This document shows, in pieces, positions 14,284 to 31,669 of a stretch of 64,000 nt of DNA. Source of the DNA: the human T2T-CHM13v2.0 reference genome, Homo sapiens. The stretch is from NCBI RefSeq assembly GCF_009914755.1, contig NC_060937.1; one strand, written 5' to 3'. The notes beneath the pieces were generated by a model. It did not search any database. It was given only the letters and a program-made list of their open reading frames with translations, and had not been told where the DNA came from. Position 1 is the stretch's first letter. The number at the start of each line of letters is the position of its first letter. Both the position numbers and the translations under genes were made by a program.

Positions 14284-14790
14284 AAAGGAGGAATCCAAGG
14301 ACCTTATTGGCTTTTTGGAATAGCAGTAGGTCTCCATGATATTAATTAGGATAAAATAAAACCAACATGGCCAAACCTTTATGGTTTTAAATGTCCTTAT
14401 AGATTACATAATGAAAATACCTATTAGCCTTTGACTTGAAATGTTTTATTCTAGCAAGTCACCTTCGCACTTTCCTCATATAGAGTGATCTGGATGAACT
14501 CCTACAATGTGGCAGCCGTTTGCTTTGTGCTGGAGATACCATGACGAACAGCCCACGTTCCTGCCTTCAGGAAACTGAAAGAGAACCAACTCTCAGAACT
14601 GCAGCAAGGTTAAGGGCCTTGGCAGCTGTACTGTGCATTTGGTATTATAGTAATAGTCACAAGACAACCCTCTAGACTGTGTGTGGAGTCAGGCAGAGCT
14701 GGGTATAAATCCTGGCATCTGCAACCTTTCTCGGGCAAACTGCCTAACTCTTCTAAAATCTTACCAGTAAGATGTGGGTAAGAAATTCTA

Positions 14791-15142
<352 letters not shown>

Positions 15143-17658
15143 TCACCTAAGCCAGATGTCTTCCATTAAAAGGGCACACAATAGCTGACAGCTATGGTTG
15201 TTATTGCTTTGATTACTAATGCTTGGTTACCTAAGACACTTCCGAGTCACTTCACTCCCTTCATAACCCTCTCCCAGGATTATGAAAGAGAACAGCAAAA
15301 CTGTTTCCTTATCTTCATCTTTCATATTGTGCTGTTCATATTGCGTGACTGCCTAGATAATTGATAGTCCACAAATTTCAAAAAAACTACATATATCTGT
15401 GTGAATATCTTTGCAGATAATTCTAAATCAGAGAATCAGATTTTAGAGGGGAGGTCAAAATACCTCCATTCCATTGTGAAAAATTCATAAGAATATTCTG
15501 AATACCACAGATTTAAAATCTATCACTGTCCTAGAAAGGTTAACTTTCTTTTCTTTACCTTTATTTCTATGACATTGTTCTTTTGGCCCTGTCTCCAGTG
15601 TTATTTTATAACACGTTATATTTCTGCTTAGTGGATTGCTATAGTGATGTTGGTACATGTTCTAAAGGGATATATAGTATCATGCCCTAAATGGACTAGT
15701 CCACGCACCTTTGTTCAGCACTGGAAATTTCCCAAGTCTATTCATTCATCCATTCATGCAACAAATATTTCTGGAATTCCTCCCATGGAAAGCCATCATG
15801 TGAAAGTGTTACAGTTGATTCAAGGATCATTGTCAACAATGAAAAATGTTTGCCTGCCTGCTGGGGCAAGAGACCTAAAGATGTATAATGCAGAAGATGA
15901 CAAGGAGCTGTAGGGGAAGCCAAGGGCTTAGGGGCCAGAGTGGGCTGTGTTCAGATCTCACCTCTCTCACTTTAACTGTGTGACTCTGGGAAAAAGTTTA
16001 AGCTGTCTGAACTTCATCATTTTCATCTTCAAAATGTAGATCTTCCATCATTCATTCAACAACCATGTTGACTTTGTGCTAGGTATATCTCCCTGTCATT
16101 GATTTATGCTCTCTTGTTAAATTCTCACTACAGTTCTCTAAGGCATCTAGACAGTAGTTCCTCAACAGGTGCTATTTTATCGACCCCGTACTTTTAATGA
16201 ACATATCAATTCAATGAACTTTGCACGCCTGCTATGGGCCATACCGTGAGCCAGGAGACATATGGCCTTAAGAAAAAAAAGAGTTAAAAACTGTGCCTCA
16301 AGCTTCTCAGTCTGGTTGAGGACACACCCATAAACATAATTATCCAATGGAATCGTTATAATGACAGCTCTGTGAACAGAAAATTTTTGGACACAGAAGT
16401 GGGACACATAGCTCACCTGGGCCAAGGATGTTGGAAGGGGGAATAAGGTGGGTGACGCCTGAGCTAAAGTGAGTAGGATGGAGGAAGAGGACTCCATTTC
16501 TCTGCCAGAGTATGCAAATACAGAGGAGACGAACAAATACATATGCGGATTAGGTTAGCGATTCTGAAGTACAAGGCTCAAAATAAGGAATGAGCAACAA
16601 TGATGTAATAGGTGAGCCCAGCTCAGAAAGGCACATACTAAAGACGTGTTTCCAGGTAGTCTCTGAGTACTAAAAGATTGGTAAGTGTTCCAGGGACCTT
16701 TTTGCAGTAGCAATGGCTCCCCAGGATATTCATCATGACAAAATAAAACGAATATGGCCACACCTTCATGTTCTTAAATAGATTCTTACATCATGAAAAC
16801 ACCTATCGACTTGTAATTTTTTTCTAACTAGTCAGTTCTTCCTCAGACAGAATAATCTGGATGAGCCTAATTCCTCTGGCTAGGACTTTTAAAATCATGT
16901 TGGCACTGGGGCTTGTTCCTATAGCTGGTTGGTACAACCTTCTAATAATACCAAGATGGTGTTTTGTGTCGCTGACTGCTCCTAGAAGAGGGTGACCCAC
17001 TGCCCCCCAACTTGGGCCACTCACTGTACCACTGACTCAAACCCAATTCAATGGCCACCCCAAGCAGGACCAGGGATGAGATTTGACCGACTGCAGACCC
17101 AGAACCACCACAGCTAGAAAAGCAGTATAACCATGAAAAAGAAATTTCTGCCAAAACATCTGTGGGCTAAGATTACACACAAGTATGTTTGAGACTAGGG
17201 GAGTCGAAACATAAACAAACTGTAGAAAGGAGCATGCTAGTGCAGAGAGTGGGACTCCTAGAAATGTGAATTTATTCTCTTTGCCACCCAGGGGAGCCAG
17301 AGACTCATGAAAATCTTACACAAGCTGTCAAAGTTACGAACCAGGGCAGGGAAAAACAGTATATTAGTTTGGATTTTTGCAGTTGCAGGCAACAACAACA
17401 AAAAAATCAGCCAACCAACAAAACAAAAATGGGAATTTACTGATCCACATAATTTGGAAGTTTTAGGGGGCATCTAGTTTAGGCTCAGCCATATCCAGGA
17501 GCTCAAGTGACATCCTCAGGACTTTCTATCTGCCCATCTCTCAGCTAAACTCTGCTCTGCGTTGCTTCCCTTCTCAGATGGGCCTTCCTTATGTAGGGGC
17601 AAAGGCAGACCTTGCAGCTCCAGAGTAACATAGTTCTTACCGTAAGAAAGTCACAAAG

Positions 17659-17954
<296 letters not shown>

Positions 17955-18574
17955 GAAGAAGAAGGGAAGAGAAGAGCCAGTGAGTGTGACCTGGTACCTG
18001 AAGTCACTGTGCAGAGCTATCTGCCCAAGCTACTGGTGAGGATGATGGAGAATCAAACCACCAGGCCCCCAGCATTACTGCAGAATGGGCAGGGATGGTG
18101 CCTCACAGACATGCCAGGCAGGCAGAAAAAATAACGCCCATGACAGCTGGCGAGAAGGGATTTTCACTTACTGAGCACCTCAGCACAGTGCTGGGTGCCA
18201 TGAATGTCTTACATCACCTCCCAAGGTTCCTCTTAGATAGGTACCTTCTATTATCATCCCCATTCTGCAAATGAAAGTAAGGCTCAGTTGGATTAAATAA
18301 CTTCCCTGAGGACAACCAGTAAATGGTAGGGCCGGGTATTAATGACCAAAACCCTTGCTTGATCAAACGGGGAGGAAAAGTGAAGGGGAAGGGGCACTGT
18401 CCTCAGCAGACTGGGAGCCACAGAGGTGGTGGGTGGGGACGCAGGCAATGTGAGAAAACAGGACAAAGTGCTTTAAATAATTTCTTATTTAAAGCAGAGC
18501 CTAAGCCACAAAATCTCTGACAAGTAAGCCCTGGTGAATGGGGCACAATTTTTGTTCTATTAGGAGAGCAAGTT

Positions 18575-19010
<436 letters not shown>

Positions 19011-19970
19011 TTAGGTGGTGAGTCCAGCCCTAAGAGGCTCTCCTATCCCGTGGGGCCTTCAGCCTTCAGTTGCTCAATCTCCCTGGTAATTGAGACCAAG
19101 CTGCTAAATATTGTCAGAGGGCTGCGCTGAGACCAGCAGAGGGTGAGCAGCCCACAGAAATGAATCTGGAGGCCAGTTGGGGCAGAGAAGGTGACTGACT
19201 GGATGAAATGAGGATTAACTGCATGTAGAGTGTGTTTGACTTTAAACTGTGAACTACAGGTCTCTGGAAAGTGTTTGTAATAAGAAAAGTTGGCATTTCA
19301 GTTTCTCCTTGAATTGAGGACAGTGTTCAGGAGTATACTAGGCAGTGGAAAATGAGACAACATCCAGAGCCAATGTGACCTGGAAATAGATGAAAGCTGA
19401 AGCCAGAGTAACCCAGGCCTCCCTCTTGGAAATGTAATCCATCTGTGAGTTGACTCTAGTTACTCTAGGAGCATGGGCCAAGCCCAACAGTAATTGCTTT
19501 CATGCTATTTGCATTTCTAAGCTTTGTTTTTATTTTACCTAAGACTTTTAAAAGACTATATTTTGTTTTAGTTGTGCTGCAAAGAGAAAAGTTGGGGCAG
19601 GTATTTTCTGAACTGTGTTGGGGGTTGATGGTATTTGGAAGGCGCTGAACGTCCCCAGGTCCTGTTTTGCCACAGCCACCTCCTCAAGTTTCTATAGAAA
19701 ACAAGGTCAGGGAAAAAATCTCTACCTGTGGGAGGCTTTTGCCTTAAACCCCAATGTGGAAATCTGGTGTGGTGGCAGAGGGCTAGCAGCAGACCAGAAG
19801 GGCCTCCTGGGCTTTCTCTCCACTGGATCCACACATATTTACCACACTCTGATATTCATTTCTTCAACAAGCATTCCTGAGTGTCCACTAAGCTCCAGGC
19901 TCTCTTCTAAGCACCGAGTATTTGACAGTAAGTAGCAGACAAAACCTCTGCTTTTATGAAGTTTCCTGAT

Positions 19971-20361
19971 TGATAGAGTTTGGGTATTTGTCCCCTCAAA
20001 TCTCATGTTGAAATTTGATCCCAGTGTTGGAGGTAGAGCCTGGTGGGAGGTGTTTTGGTCATGGGGTAATCCTTCACGAATGGCTTGGTGCCATCTCGGA
20101 GGTAATGAGTGAAGTCTCCCAAGAGAACTGATAGTTAAAAAGAATGTGGCACCCCTCCCTTCTCTTGCTTCTTTCCTCTCAACATATGATGCTGACTCCC
20201 CTTCCCCTTCTGCCATGACTGGAAGCCTGCCTTACCAGAAACAGATGCTAGTGCCATGCTTCTTATACAGCCTGCAGGTCCATAAGCCAAATAAACTTCT
20301 TTTTTTAATAAACTACCCAGCCTCAGGTATTCCCCTGTAACACCACAAATTGACTAAGACA
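19971..20361 (+). mobile_element. MST (MaLR) solo LTR inserted into an L2 fragment
   Basis: TGATAGAGTTTGGGTATTTGTCCCCTCAAATCTCATGTTGAAA ... GACTAAGACA; 5-bp TSD CTGAT / CTAAT. Confidence 0.85.
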
Positions 20362-20824
20362 CTAATGTTCTGACAGAAGGAGATGGACAAAACAAAACAA
20401 AAAAACAGTTTGTGGTAAGCACCATGAAGAACTAAAGCAGAGTAAGGGGGCAGGTGGTACAGGGAATAGTGTGTGTGTATGTGTGTGTGCGTGCATATGC
20501 GTGTGCGCTCCTACTTTAAAGGAGGTGGTAACCAATGAGCAGAAGCCTGAAAAGAGTGAGGGAGTGACCTGCAGATAGCCTGGGGAAAGGGATTCTAAGC
20601 AGAAGGGAAACACATGGAGAAGGCCTAGAGTAGAACCCTGCTTGGCATGTTCTTTGAGTAGCCCTGAATGGAGAGGCAAAGGCAAGTGTGATAGGAGAGG
20701 GGGTCAGACAGGGCAGTTGGGGTCATCTAAGACCACCTAAGGCCTTGTAAGACACAGTAAAACTTTTATTTGCCTCTGAGCAAAATGCAAAGCCATTGGA
20801 AAGTTTTGAGCAGAGGAACGATGT

Positions 20825-21626
20825 TGAGAGGCGAAGCCGGCTGGGCTTCTGGGTTGGGTGGGGACTTGGAGAACTTTTCTGTGTAGCTAAAGGATTGTAA
20901 ATGCACCAATCAGCACTCTGTGTCTAGCTAAAGGTTTGTAAATGCACCAATCTACACTCTGTAAAATCAGACCAATCAGCACTCTGTGAAATGGACCAAT
21001 CAGCACTCTGTAAAATGGACCAATCAGCACTCTGTAAAATGGACCAATCAGCAGGATGTGGGTGGGGCCAAATAAGGGAATAAAAGGTGGTCGCGGGACT
21101 CAGCAGCAGCAACCCACTTGGGTTCCCTTCTGTGCTGTAGAAGCTTTGTTCTTTTGCTCTTTGTGATAAATCTTGCTGCTGCTCACTCTTTGGGTCTGCA
21201 CTACCTTTATGAGCTGTAACACTCCTTGAGAAGGTCTGCAATTCCACTCCTGAAGTCAGTGAGACCACCAACCCACGGGGAGGAATGAAGAACTCTGGAC
21301 GTGCTACCTTTAAGAGCTGTAACACTCACTGTGAAGGTGTGTGGCTTCACTCCACAAGTCAGCGAAACCACGAACCCACCCGGAGAAACAAACTCCAGAC
21401 GCGCCAGTTTGAAGAGCTGTAACACTCGCTGCGAAGGTCTGCGGCTTCACTTTTGAAGTCAGCAAGACCACGAACCCACCAGAAGGAAGAAACTCTGGAC
21501 CTCTGAAGGAACAAAGTTGGGACACACCATCTTTAAGAACTGTAACACTCAGCACGAGGGTCCCTGGCTTCATTCTTGAAGACAGCAAGACCAAAAACGC
21601 ACGGGAAGGAACCAATTCTGGACACA
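20825..21626 (+). mobile_element. LTR12 (ERV9) solo LTR
   Basis: TGAGAGGCGAAGCCGGCTGGG start; six tandem ACCAATC units at about 20900-21050; GAATAAAA TATA-like box; repeated GAGCTGTAACACTC units; ends GGACACA. Confidence 0.92.
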
Positions 21627-21679
21627 GTGAGATTTATGATTCTCCAAGGCTCACTGTGGGTAGTGCATGAAGTCCAGGT

Positions 21680-22290
<611 letters not shown>

Positions 22291-22761
22291 GTTCACGCTA
22301 TAGGGGGCAGGTGAACACGGGGTCCCCAGGAAAGATGCTCTTCACTCGTCCAGATGACAGATAATGACGAGGCTAAGGGCAAAAGCACTCCAAGGATGAG
22401 CAACTCATTAGAAAATAGCTTCTCCTAAGGCCTAGGGTACAACTTGCTGACTCTCACCCCTGCTCTCTGCAGGGAGATGAAAGAACCCTATCGGGAACAG
22501 CTCCGGGCATACCTGTGACAGCCATACTGGAAGAAAAGAATCTGAAAGAAGACCTCAGCTGGCTTAGAGCTGCCATCCATCCCCATCACACTCCGCACTT
22601 TGGAGGCTCCGCCATCTCTTCATCCTCCCACCCCCCATTATCATGTAGAGCTTGACCTACCTTAGCAGCACTCTTCCACAAAGTGTCCTCTGAGGAGAGA
22701 GGAGGGGAGGAAGCCCTATTTTTCCCTGGAGGCCACAATTTCCTCATTTCTGTTCTTAGCT

Positions 22762-23542
<781 letters not shown>

Positions 23543-23640
23543 TTATGAAACCTTTCCTCCGTTGAGAAAAAAATACATGTATGTATGTTTACTATTGGGC
23601 TGGTAAATAGATGTTTATACTAACATATTTAAAAATTTTT

Positions 23641-24576
<936 letters not shown>

Positions 24577-25179
24577 TGATTTAAAAAGAACATATTGTCA
24601 GGAGCCACTAAAAGAATTATGAACCCTAGGCACTGTGCCCGCCATGCCTAAAAGAGACGTTGGCCCTGGCCCTGGCCCTTTACAGAATTGCCCTCCCCAT
24701 CCTTTCTGTGCTGCTTCCACCCTCCCAAATCAGTAAAGTGGGCATTTGAGACCCTCGAGGCCTTTATGAATGTCTCTTAGATATGACTCCAGAGGCCTCT
24801 AAGGTGGATCAAGACAAGGTGTTCATTGTCATACTCGGGGTCCCACTCTGCAGCAGGCTGAGAGGTCATCAGTAAACCATTTTGATGCCCAACTATGTTT
24901 TCCTGGCAGGTTTATATAGAGCACCGGTATGAATCTAGTCCAAGTAATACAATGCTTTGTATGTGACTTTGTGTCACATATGATATTTTAACTTTATGGG
25001 TTTTGATTTTTTTCTCACAGAAAAAATTAAAGTGGAAGAGACATACAAATGATGTACTTTTTCCATTCTCCCCTATTCTGTGCAGTCTAGCCAGAGTCTC
25101 AGGTGCCTGGTAGTCTGGATTCTTGATTTAATGGCCCAGACTGAGCTATTAGCCACTTCAATTAATGTAACTCCTGCAA

Positions 25180-26862
25180 GGCTGGGCGTGGTGGCTCATG
25201 CCTGTAATCCCAGTGTGTCCGGAATTGGTGGGTTCTTGGTCTCACTGACTTCAAGAATGAAGCTGCGGACCCTCACGGTGAGTGTTACAGTTCTTAAAGG
25301 CGGCGTGTCTGGAGTTTGTTCCTTCTGATGTTCGGATGTGTTTGGGGTTTCTTCCTTCTGGTGGGGTTCGTGGTCTCGCTGGCTCAGGAGTGAAGCTGCG
25401 TACCTTCGCGGGTGAGTGTTACAGCTCTTCAGGTGGCACGTCTGGAATTGTTCCTCCCGGTGGGTTCGTAGTCCTTCTGGCCTCAGGAGTGAAGCTGCAG
25501 ATGTTCGCGGTGAGTGTTACAGCTCATAAAGGCAGTGTGGACCCAAAGAGTGAGCAGTAGCAAGATTTATTGCAAAAAGGGAAAGAACAAAGCTTCCACA
25601 ATGAGGAAGGGGACCCGAGTGGGTTGCCACTGCTGGCTCGGGCAGCCTGCTTTTATTATCTTATCTGGCCCCACCCACATCCTGCTGATTGGTAGAGCTG
25701 AGTGGTCTGTTTTGACAGGGCGCTGATTGGTGCGTTTACAATCCCTGAGCTAGACACAAAGGTTATCCACGTCCCCACCAAATTAGCTAGATACAGAGTG
25801 TGGACACAAAGGTTCTCCAAGTCCCCACCAGAGTAGCTAGATACAGAGTGTCGATTGGTGCATTCACAAACCCTGAGCTAGACACAGGGTGCTGACTGGT
25901 GTGTTTACAAACCTTGAGCTAGATATAGAGTGCCGATTGGTGTATTTACAACCCCTTAGCTAGACATAAAGGTTCACCATGTCCGCCTCAGACTCAGGAG
26001 CCCAGCTGGCTTCACCCAGTGGATCCCTCACCAGGGCTGCAGGTGGAGCTGCCTGCCAGTCCCATGCCATGTGCCCGCACTCCTAAGCCCTTGGGTGGTC
26101 GATGGGACTGGGCGCTGTGGAGCAGGGGGCGGTGCTCGTCGGGGAGGCTCGGGTGGCACAGGAGCCCATGGAGCGGGCGGGGAGGCTCAGGCATGGCGGG
26201 CTGCCTGTCCCAAGCCCTGCCCCGGCGGAAGGCAGCTAAGGCCTGGCGAGAGATTGAGCACAGCAGCTGCTAGCCCAGGTGCTAAGCCCCTCACTGCCTG
26301 GCCGGTGGGGCCGGCCTGCCGCTCCGAGTGCGGGGCCCGCCAAGCCCACACCCACCCCGAACTGGCGCTGGCCCGCAAGCACCGTGCGCAGCCCCAGTTC
26401 CCGCCCACGCCTCTCCCTCCACACCTCCCCGCAAGCTGAGGGAGCCAGCTCCGGCCTTGGCCAGCCCAGAAAGGGGCTCCCACAGTGCAGCGGCGGGCTG
26501 AATGGCTCCTCAAGTGCCGCCAAAGTGGGAGCCCAGGCAGAGGAGGCCCCGAGAGCGAGCGAGAGCTGTGAGGACTGCCAGCACGCTGTCACCTGTCACC
26601 AGCACTTTGGGAGGCTGAGGCTGGCCGATCACTTGAGCTCAGGAGTTCCAGACCAGCCTGGGCAACATGGCAAAACCCCCCGTCTCTCCAAAAAAAAACA
26701 AAAGTTGGCCAGGCATAGTGGCACACGCCTGTAGTCCCAGTCATTTGGGGTGCTGAAGCGGGAGGTTTGCTTGAGCCTGGGAGTCCAGGCTGAGACCACC
26801 ACCTGCACTCCACACCACTGCACTCCAGCCTGGATGACAGAGCCAGACCCTGTCTCAAAAAA
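25180..26862 (+). mobile_element. Old Alu split by LTR12C (parts 25180-25213 and 26599-26862)
   Basis: CCTGTAATCCCAG | LTR | CCAGCACTTTGGGAGG rejoins into a continuous Alu. Confidence 0.9.
25214..26598 (-). mobile_element. LTR12C (ERV9) solo LTR, 1385 bp
   Basis: Minus strand starts TGACAGGTGACAGCGTGCTGGCAGTCC and ends CCAATTCCGGACACA; GC-rich U3, CCAAT repeats, AATAAAAGCAGG; exact 4-bp TSD CCAG. Confidence 0.95.
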
Positions 26863-29209
26863 TATGTATATATAACTCCTTCATTTCACTTATACTTTTG
26901 TTCTCCTTCCAGGAACGTTGTGTGGTAGCACTTTCCATTTAAATTTGTGCATGGCTATGTGATGTCCTTCGGTCACTAGAAGATGAATAGAAACGTCCTG
27001 TGTTACCTCTTGGTGAAAGTCTTTAAGGCAGTGTGCAATTATGTTCTCTTTACCTGCCTTGGCTCCACCATGTTGCAGATGGTGCAGGCGGAGGCCTGTG
27101 TCTCTGAGAAGCCGAGGTCCTGACTGCCTGAGATGAACATGTCCTGTGAGCAAAAAATAAGCCTCTTTTTCAAAGATTTACTTGACAATGAAGCATAACC
27201 TAGCCCAAAACACTTCCATGGTTGCATTTCTTCATTTCCAGGTCTCTTTTGTGTCTCACTTTCTGAAGTTCTTGGGGTCAACATAGAAGGTAAGAATGCA
27301 ACAGCACCCATTAGATGTAATGCTGTTTATCCATATGCAGTGGCGTGCTTGTGGTGACCTTTTCTATAAAAGGATGTTAACACCCCCTTGCTATTGAACT
27401 CACATGTGGTCATGCAACTTACTATGGCCAATGAAATGGAGCAAAAATGATACGTAATTTGCTGCGTTTTCCCCCTTCCCCTTAGCAACTTTTAAAGTCT
27501 CAGAAAGAGGCTGCTATGTCATCCTGGGTCCTAGAGTCAAAGTGACATGAGGAGAACTGCACCTGGCCCTTGATGGTGATGTAGGGTAAGAGAGAAACAC
27601 ATCCGTATTATGTAAGCCTCTGAGAGTATGGGGGTCATTTGTTACGACAACCTGTTATGTAACACAACATCAAACCCACACAATTTAGGAAACCCAAGTA
27701 AATCGCAGAACTGAATATCCACGTGATGACCATTCTCACAGAAGTGGGGCCTGCTGGCCTGATTGGTTAGGTTTAAGACCTTCCTGGGCCTGTGCTCCGC
27801 TACTTGTCCTAAAGATCAGGACTAACAGGTGACATTGTCCTGTTTGACTTCCGGCCTCCACAGGGCCTTGCTCCAAGGCAGTGCATCATTCCTGATTATT
27901 TGACTGCCTGGATAGGTGGACTCGCTCTGCGTGTAGACCCAGCCATGTAAGATTTGGAAGGGAAGGAATAAAGAGCAAGAGACTTCACTCAAGCCTCCTG
28001 ACCTCCACCATATTTATTCAGCTTAACTATTCATCTGACAATGGGGCCTTCCTAGTTATTGATCAAGCAGTATTTAGCTACTGTTCCTTGGTTGTGTGAC
28101 ACTTAGGAATAAACCCCCAGAGGGAAGATTGAATGAGTCGTCTGATTACCCCAAACCCCAGTGCAAACCTGGACTCCTTTAACTATACACAGTCTACATC
28201 AATCAGTTTCCCAAACAAAAGCAGCATTCCAAACAGACAGCGTGCTTGTGTATTCACCCATATTATTGTTACCAAGTAGCCCTTAGCAGAAATTTAATGT
28301 TGTCTTGAGGGAGAAGTAAACAGGGAACAAAATAAAGAATAAGTGCTCAGTTAAGACGCTTTAGAGACCTATTTCAAATTACTCTTTTTTCAAATTAAAA
28401 AAAAAAAGAGGTTTTGCTTTGAGGATTAATTGCAGGGATGCTGAGTAATGAAGCTATAGAGCACAGCGTAGAGCCAAGACACATCCACCCAGCTGCCTCC
28501 CCCAGGCAGTCACATGGTGAGCAAGCGAATATGGCTGTCCTCATTGGACTCACATGCCTAATTATTAACACATTATATATCGTTGCCTACGTAGCTCTGC
28601 TATCAGCAATACAGTTTAAACAACTGGGCAGAAAGTTGTGGAGGACCACAATATAACAGTGTTTTTAAATGATTCTATTTTCTACAAGTACTTCACAGTC
28701 AGATAATTCTCATAAGAAAAAGCACTGAAGCTTGAATGCCCAAACTGAATAGAATTTTCAGAAATGGGAATTGTGACTGTTTAAAGTATATTCCTTTTGG
28801 TTTTTTTTTTTTTTTCCTCTCTCTCTCTCTTCTCTGATTCAAGACCTGCATGAATAATTGGGTTTTTGGCTTGTTTGGGGGAAGACTTTCACATTTGCAA
28901 ATTAATGACCCAGTCCTAGCTGAGATGGTAACATCCAAATACTTCATTTAATAAACAAACCCATGTCTGGATTTTTAAAATAGCCCTAGACTATGGATTG
29001 GATTGTCATTCATTTGTGCTCTAAGGCATCAATCCGTGACCGACTGAAGAGGAAACCTAACCGAGCACACGTGTCAGGACTGTTTAAATGAAGGAAAGGA
29101 ATTCACTTGACTTTGAAACTGCAGTTATTCAGATAAGTCAGTCAAAATACCAACTTCTGCAATCCGTCATTACTTAGAAAATGATGGGAACTCAAAACTA
29201 TCTATTTTA

Positions 29210-29531
<322 letters not shown>

Positions 29532-30116
29532 CTATTTCTAATGTTATATAAGGTAATTATTTCAGCACTATAAGTACCTGACCTTTGTGTCAGGTACTGT
29601 GCAGATGCAATGACAAACTGGACAGGGTATCACAATAGAATTGTAATAGAATGTGATTGATGCTATGAACGTGATAGAAATATGGATGAAATGTGTGCAC
29701 CCTGGGCTGGGGTTGGCGGTGGAGACAAGACAATCTATGGATGTCTTGGGACATCTTCCCATAGGAGATATGGGAAGAAAAAAATATAAAAACTTGCCCT
29801 AACATTTTTTATCTCATCCTTTAATTTGTTCTGTATTTGTGTATTTTAATATACATGATTGGTACTATGTGTGGTAGCAGCACACATACAATTTATAATT
29901 AGATATAGGCAGATATGGTGCATAGCTACCTGTGTAGGGAGCTCTGATAAAAGTGAACAGAAACAGGGACACTGTCATTTGATCCAAGGTGTGGAGGACT
30001 CAAGATGACTTTCCTGAATAAGAGATATTCCACCTGAATCTTACAGGGGGACCTGTGATTTCTCCAGGCAGAACAATTGTCAGAGGTGGGAATACTAGTT
30101 AGAAGGAAAACATTGC

Positions 30117-30423
30117 GGCCGGGTGCGGTGGCTTATGCCTGTAATCTCAGCACTTTGGGAGGCAGTGGAGGGCGGATCACAAGGTCAGGAGTTTGAGACC
30201 AGCCTGGCCAACATGGTGAAACCCCGTCTCTACTAAAAAACTACAAAAATTAGCTGGGCATGGTGGTGTGGGCCTATAATCCCAGCTACTCAGGAGGCAG
30301 GCTGAGGCAGGAGAATTGCTTGAACCTGGGAGGCGGAGGTTGCAGTGAGCTGAGATGGTGCCATTGCACTCCAGCCTAGGCAACAGAGCAAGACTCAGTC
30401 TCAAAAAAAAAAAAAAAAAAAAA
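30117..30423 (+). mobile_element. Alu (S-type)
   Basis: Full Alu; TSD AAGGAAAACATTGC. Confidence 0.95.
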
Positions 30424-31669
30424 GGAAAACATTGCAGTGTTTCCTTATATGGCTGAAAGAAGAAAAGACTTTTACAAAATGTGGTATGGCCCAGGAGAGC
30501 ATTGATGCACCTTGGGACAAGTGAGGGAAGAGAGAGGCAGAACCGATGGTAGAAAGGTTGAGCCCAGAGGGTGAAGAGCTTAGGGTGCTAAGTTCAAGAC
30601 TCAGGTTTACTCCATAAAGTGAAGGAGAAGAGTGGGGGGAAAGAGAAGGATATGGTGGTTTTCTGGATAATCAGATCTTTCCAAGGCCCCATTGGACAAA
30701 TCTGTGGGATTTCTTCTTAGTTATAATGCTAAGCGTGGGCCTGCCTCTGTTGGAGGAAGAAAGAAGAAGAATAAAAAAACTCCTTAGCATACAAAATGTA
30801 GCCCTGAGAATGAGAAGCCCTCATATTTTTAACAACTGGCCCATAATGAGTCCTCCTGCAGTCTATAACCAAATCCATATTGTTGGTTAGCACAGTGTTG
30901 ATCTCAGACATAGGGTCAGATAAGCGTTATCTTTGGATTCACTCTCTTTTCTACTCCTAGTGATATTTTATTCTTATTACTAGACAACTGCCTAAAATCA
31001 CAAATATCCAGATCATGCAACCAAGTGCCTTCTTGGACAACCTGCAGTACTTGACATTGTTGACAGTCTTTCCATACTGTTTGTGGGTCTTGGTTGCAAG
31101 CAACAGAAATAACTGTGGCTGATTTAGGTAGAAAAGTAAGAGAAAAATATTAGGTGTCTCAAATAATGTAGGGGAATGGGGTGGTCTTGGTGGATGGGCA
31201 GGGAATCAGTCGAGGAGGCTAGAAAGCCAAGAATAAGTCCTAAAATCATGCCAGAGATGGATCCAGGGAATCTGCTGCCAGCCCTGGATGCTGCTGCTTA
31301 CACTGTGGGAGGCACCAATGCTACCTGCACCTGTCACTGCTGCTACCATTCACTGTCGTGTATCCTGCAGCATCCCTCGCTTCTTACGCAGAGCCTGAGG
31401 CACAGGTGCTGATGGGCAGAGTCCAGGTTGTACCCCTGCATCCTAGCTGCAAGGGAGGCTGGGAAAGTAATCAGGCTTTACCTAATAGGTGAGAAATTCC
31501 CCAAACATAGCAAAGGGGCTCAGATGCTGGAGAGTCAAAAAGAAAGCTAAATGTTCTTCACTTTCTGTCCCTTTCTGAAACACGTCTGTGTTGTTTCCAT
31601 GACACTGTCTAATGTGGTTCCCTCCTCTCTGTTTTGCCACTAGCTTCTCTTCCTCAGGACAATGGCCCT

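Noticed and set aside
20890-21600. Regular repeats resembling a CRISPR array
   Set aside because: These are the tandem CCAAT and U5 units of LTR12. There are no unique spacers or cas genes, and the context is eukaryotic.
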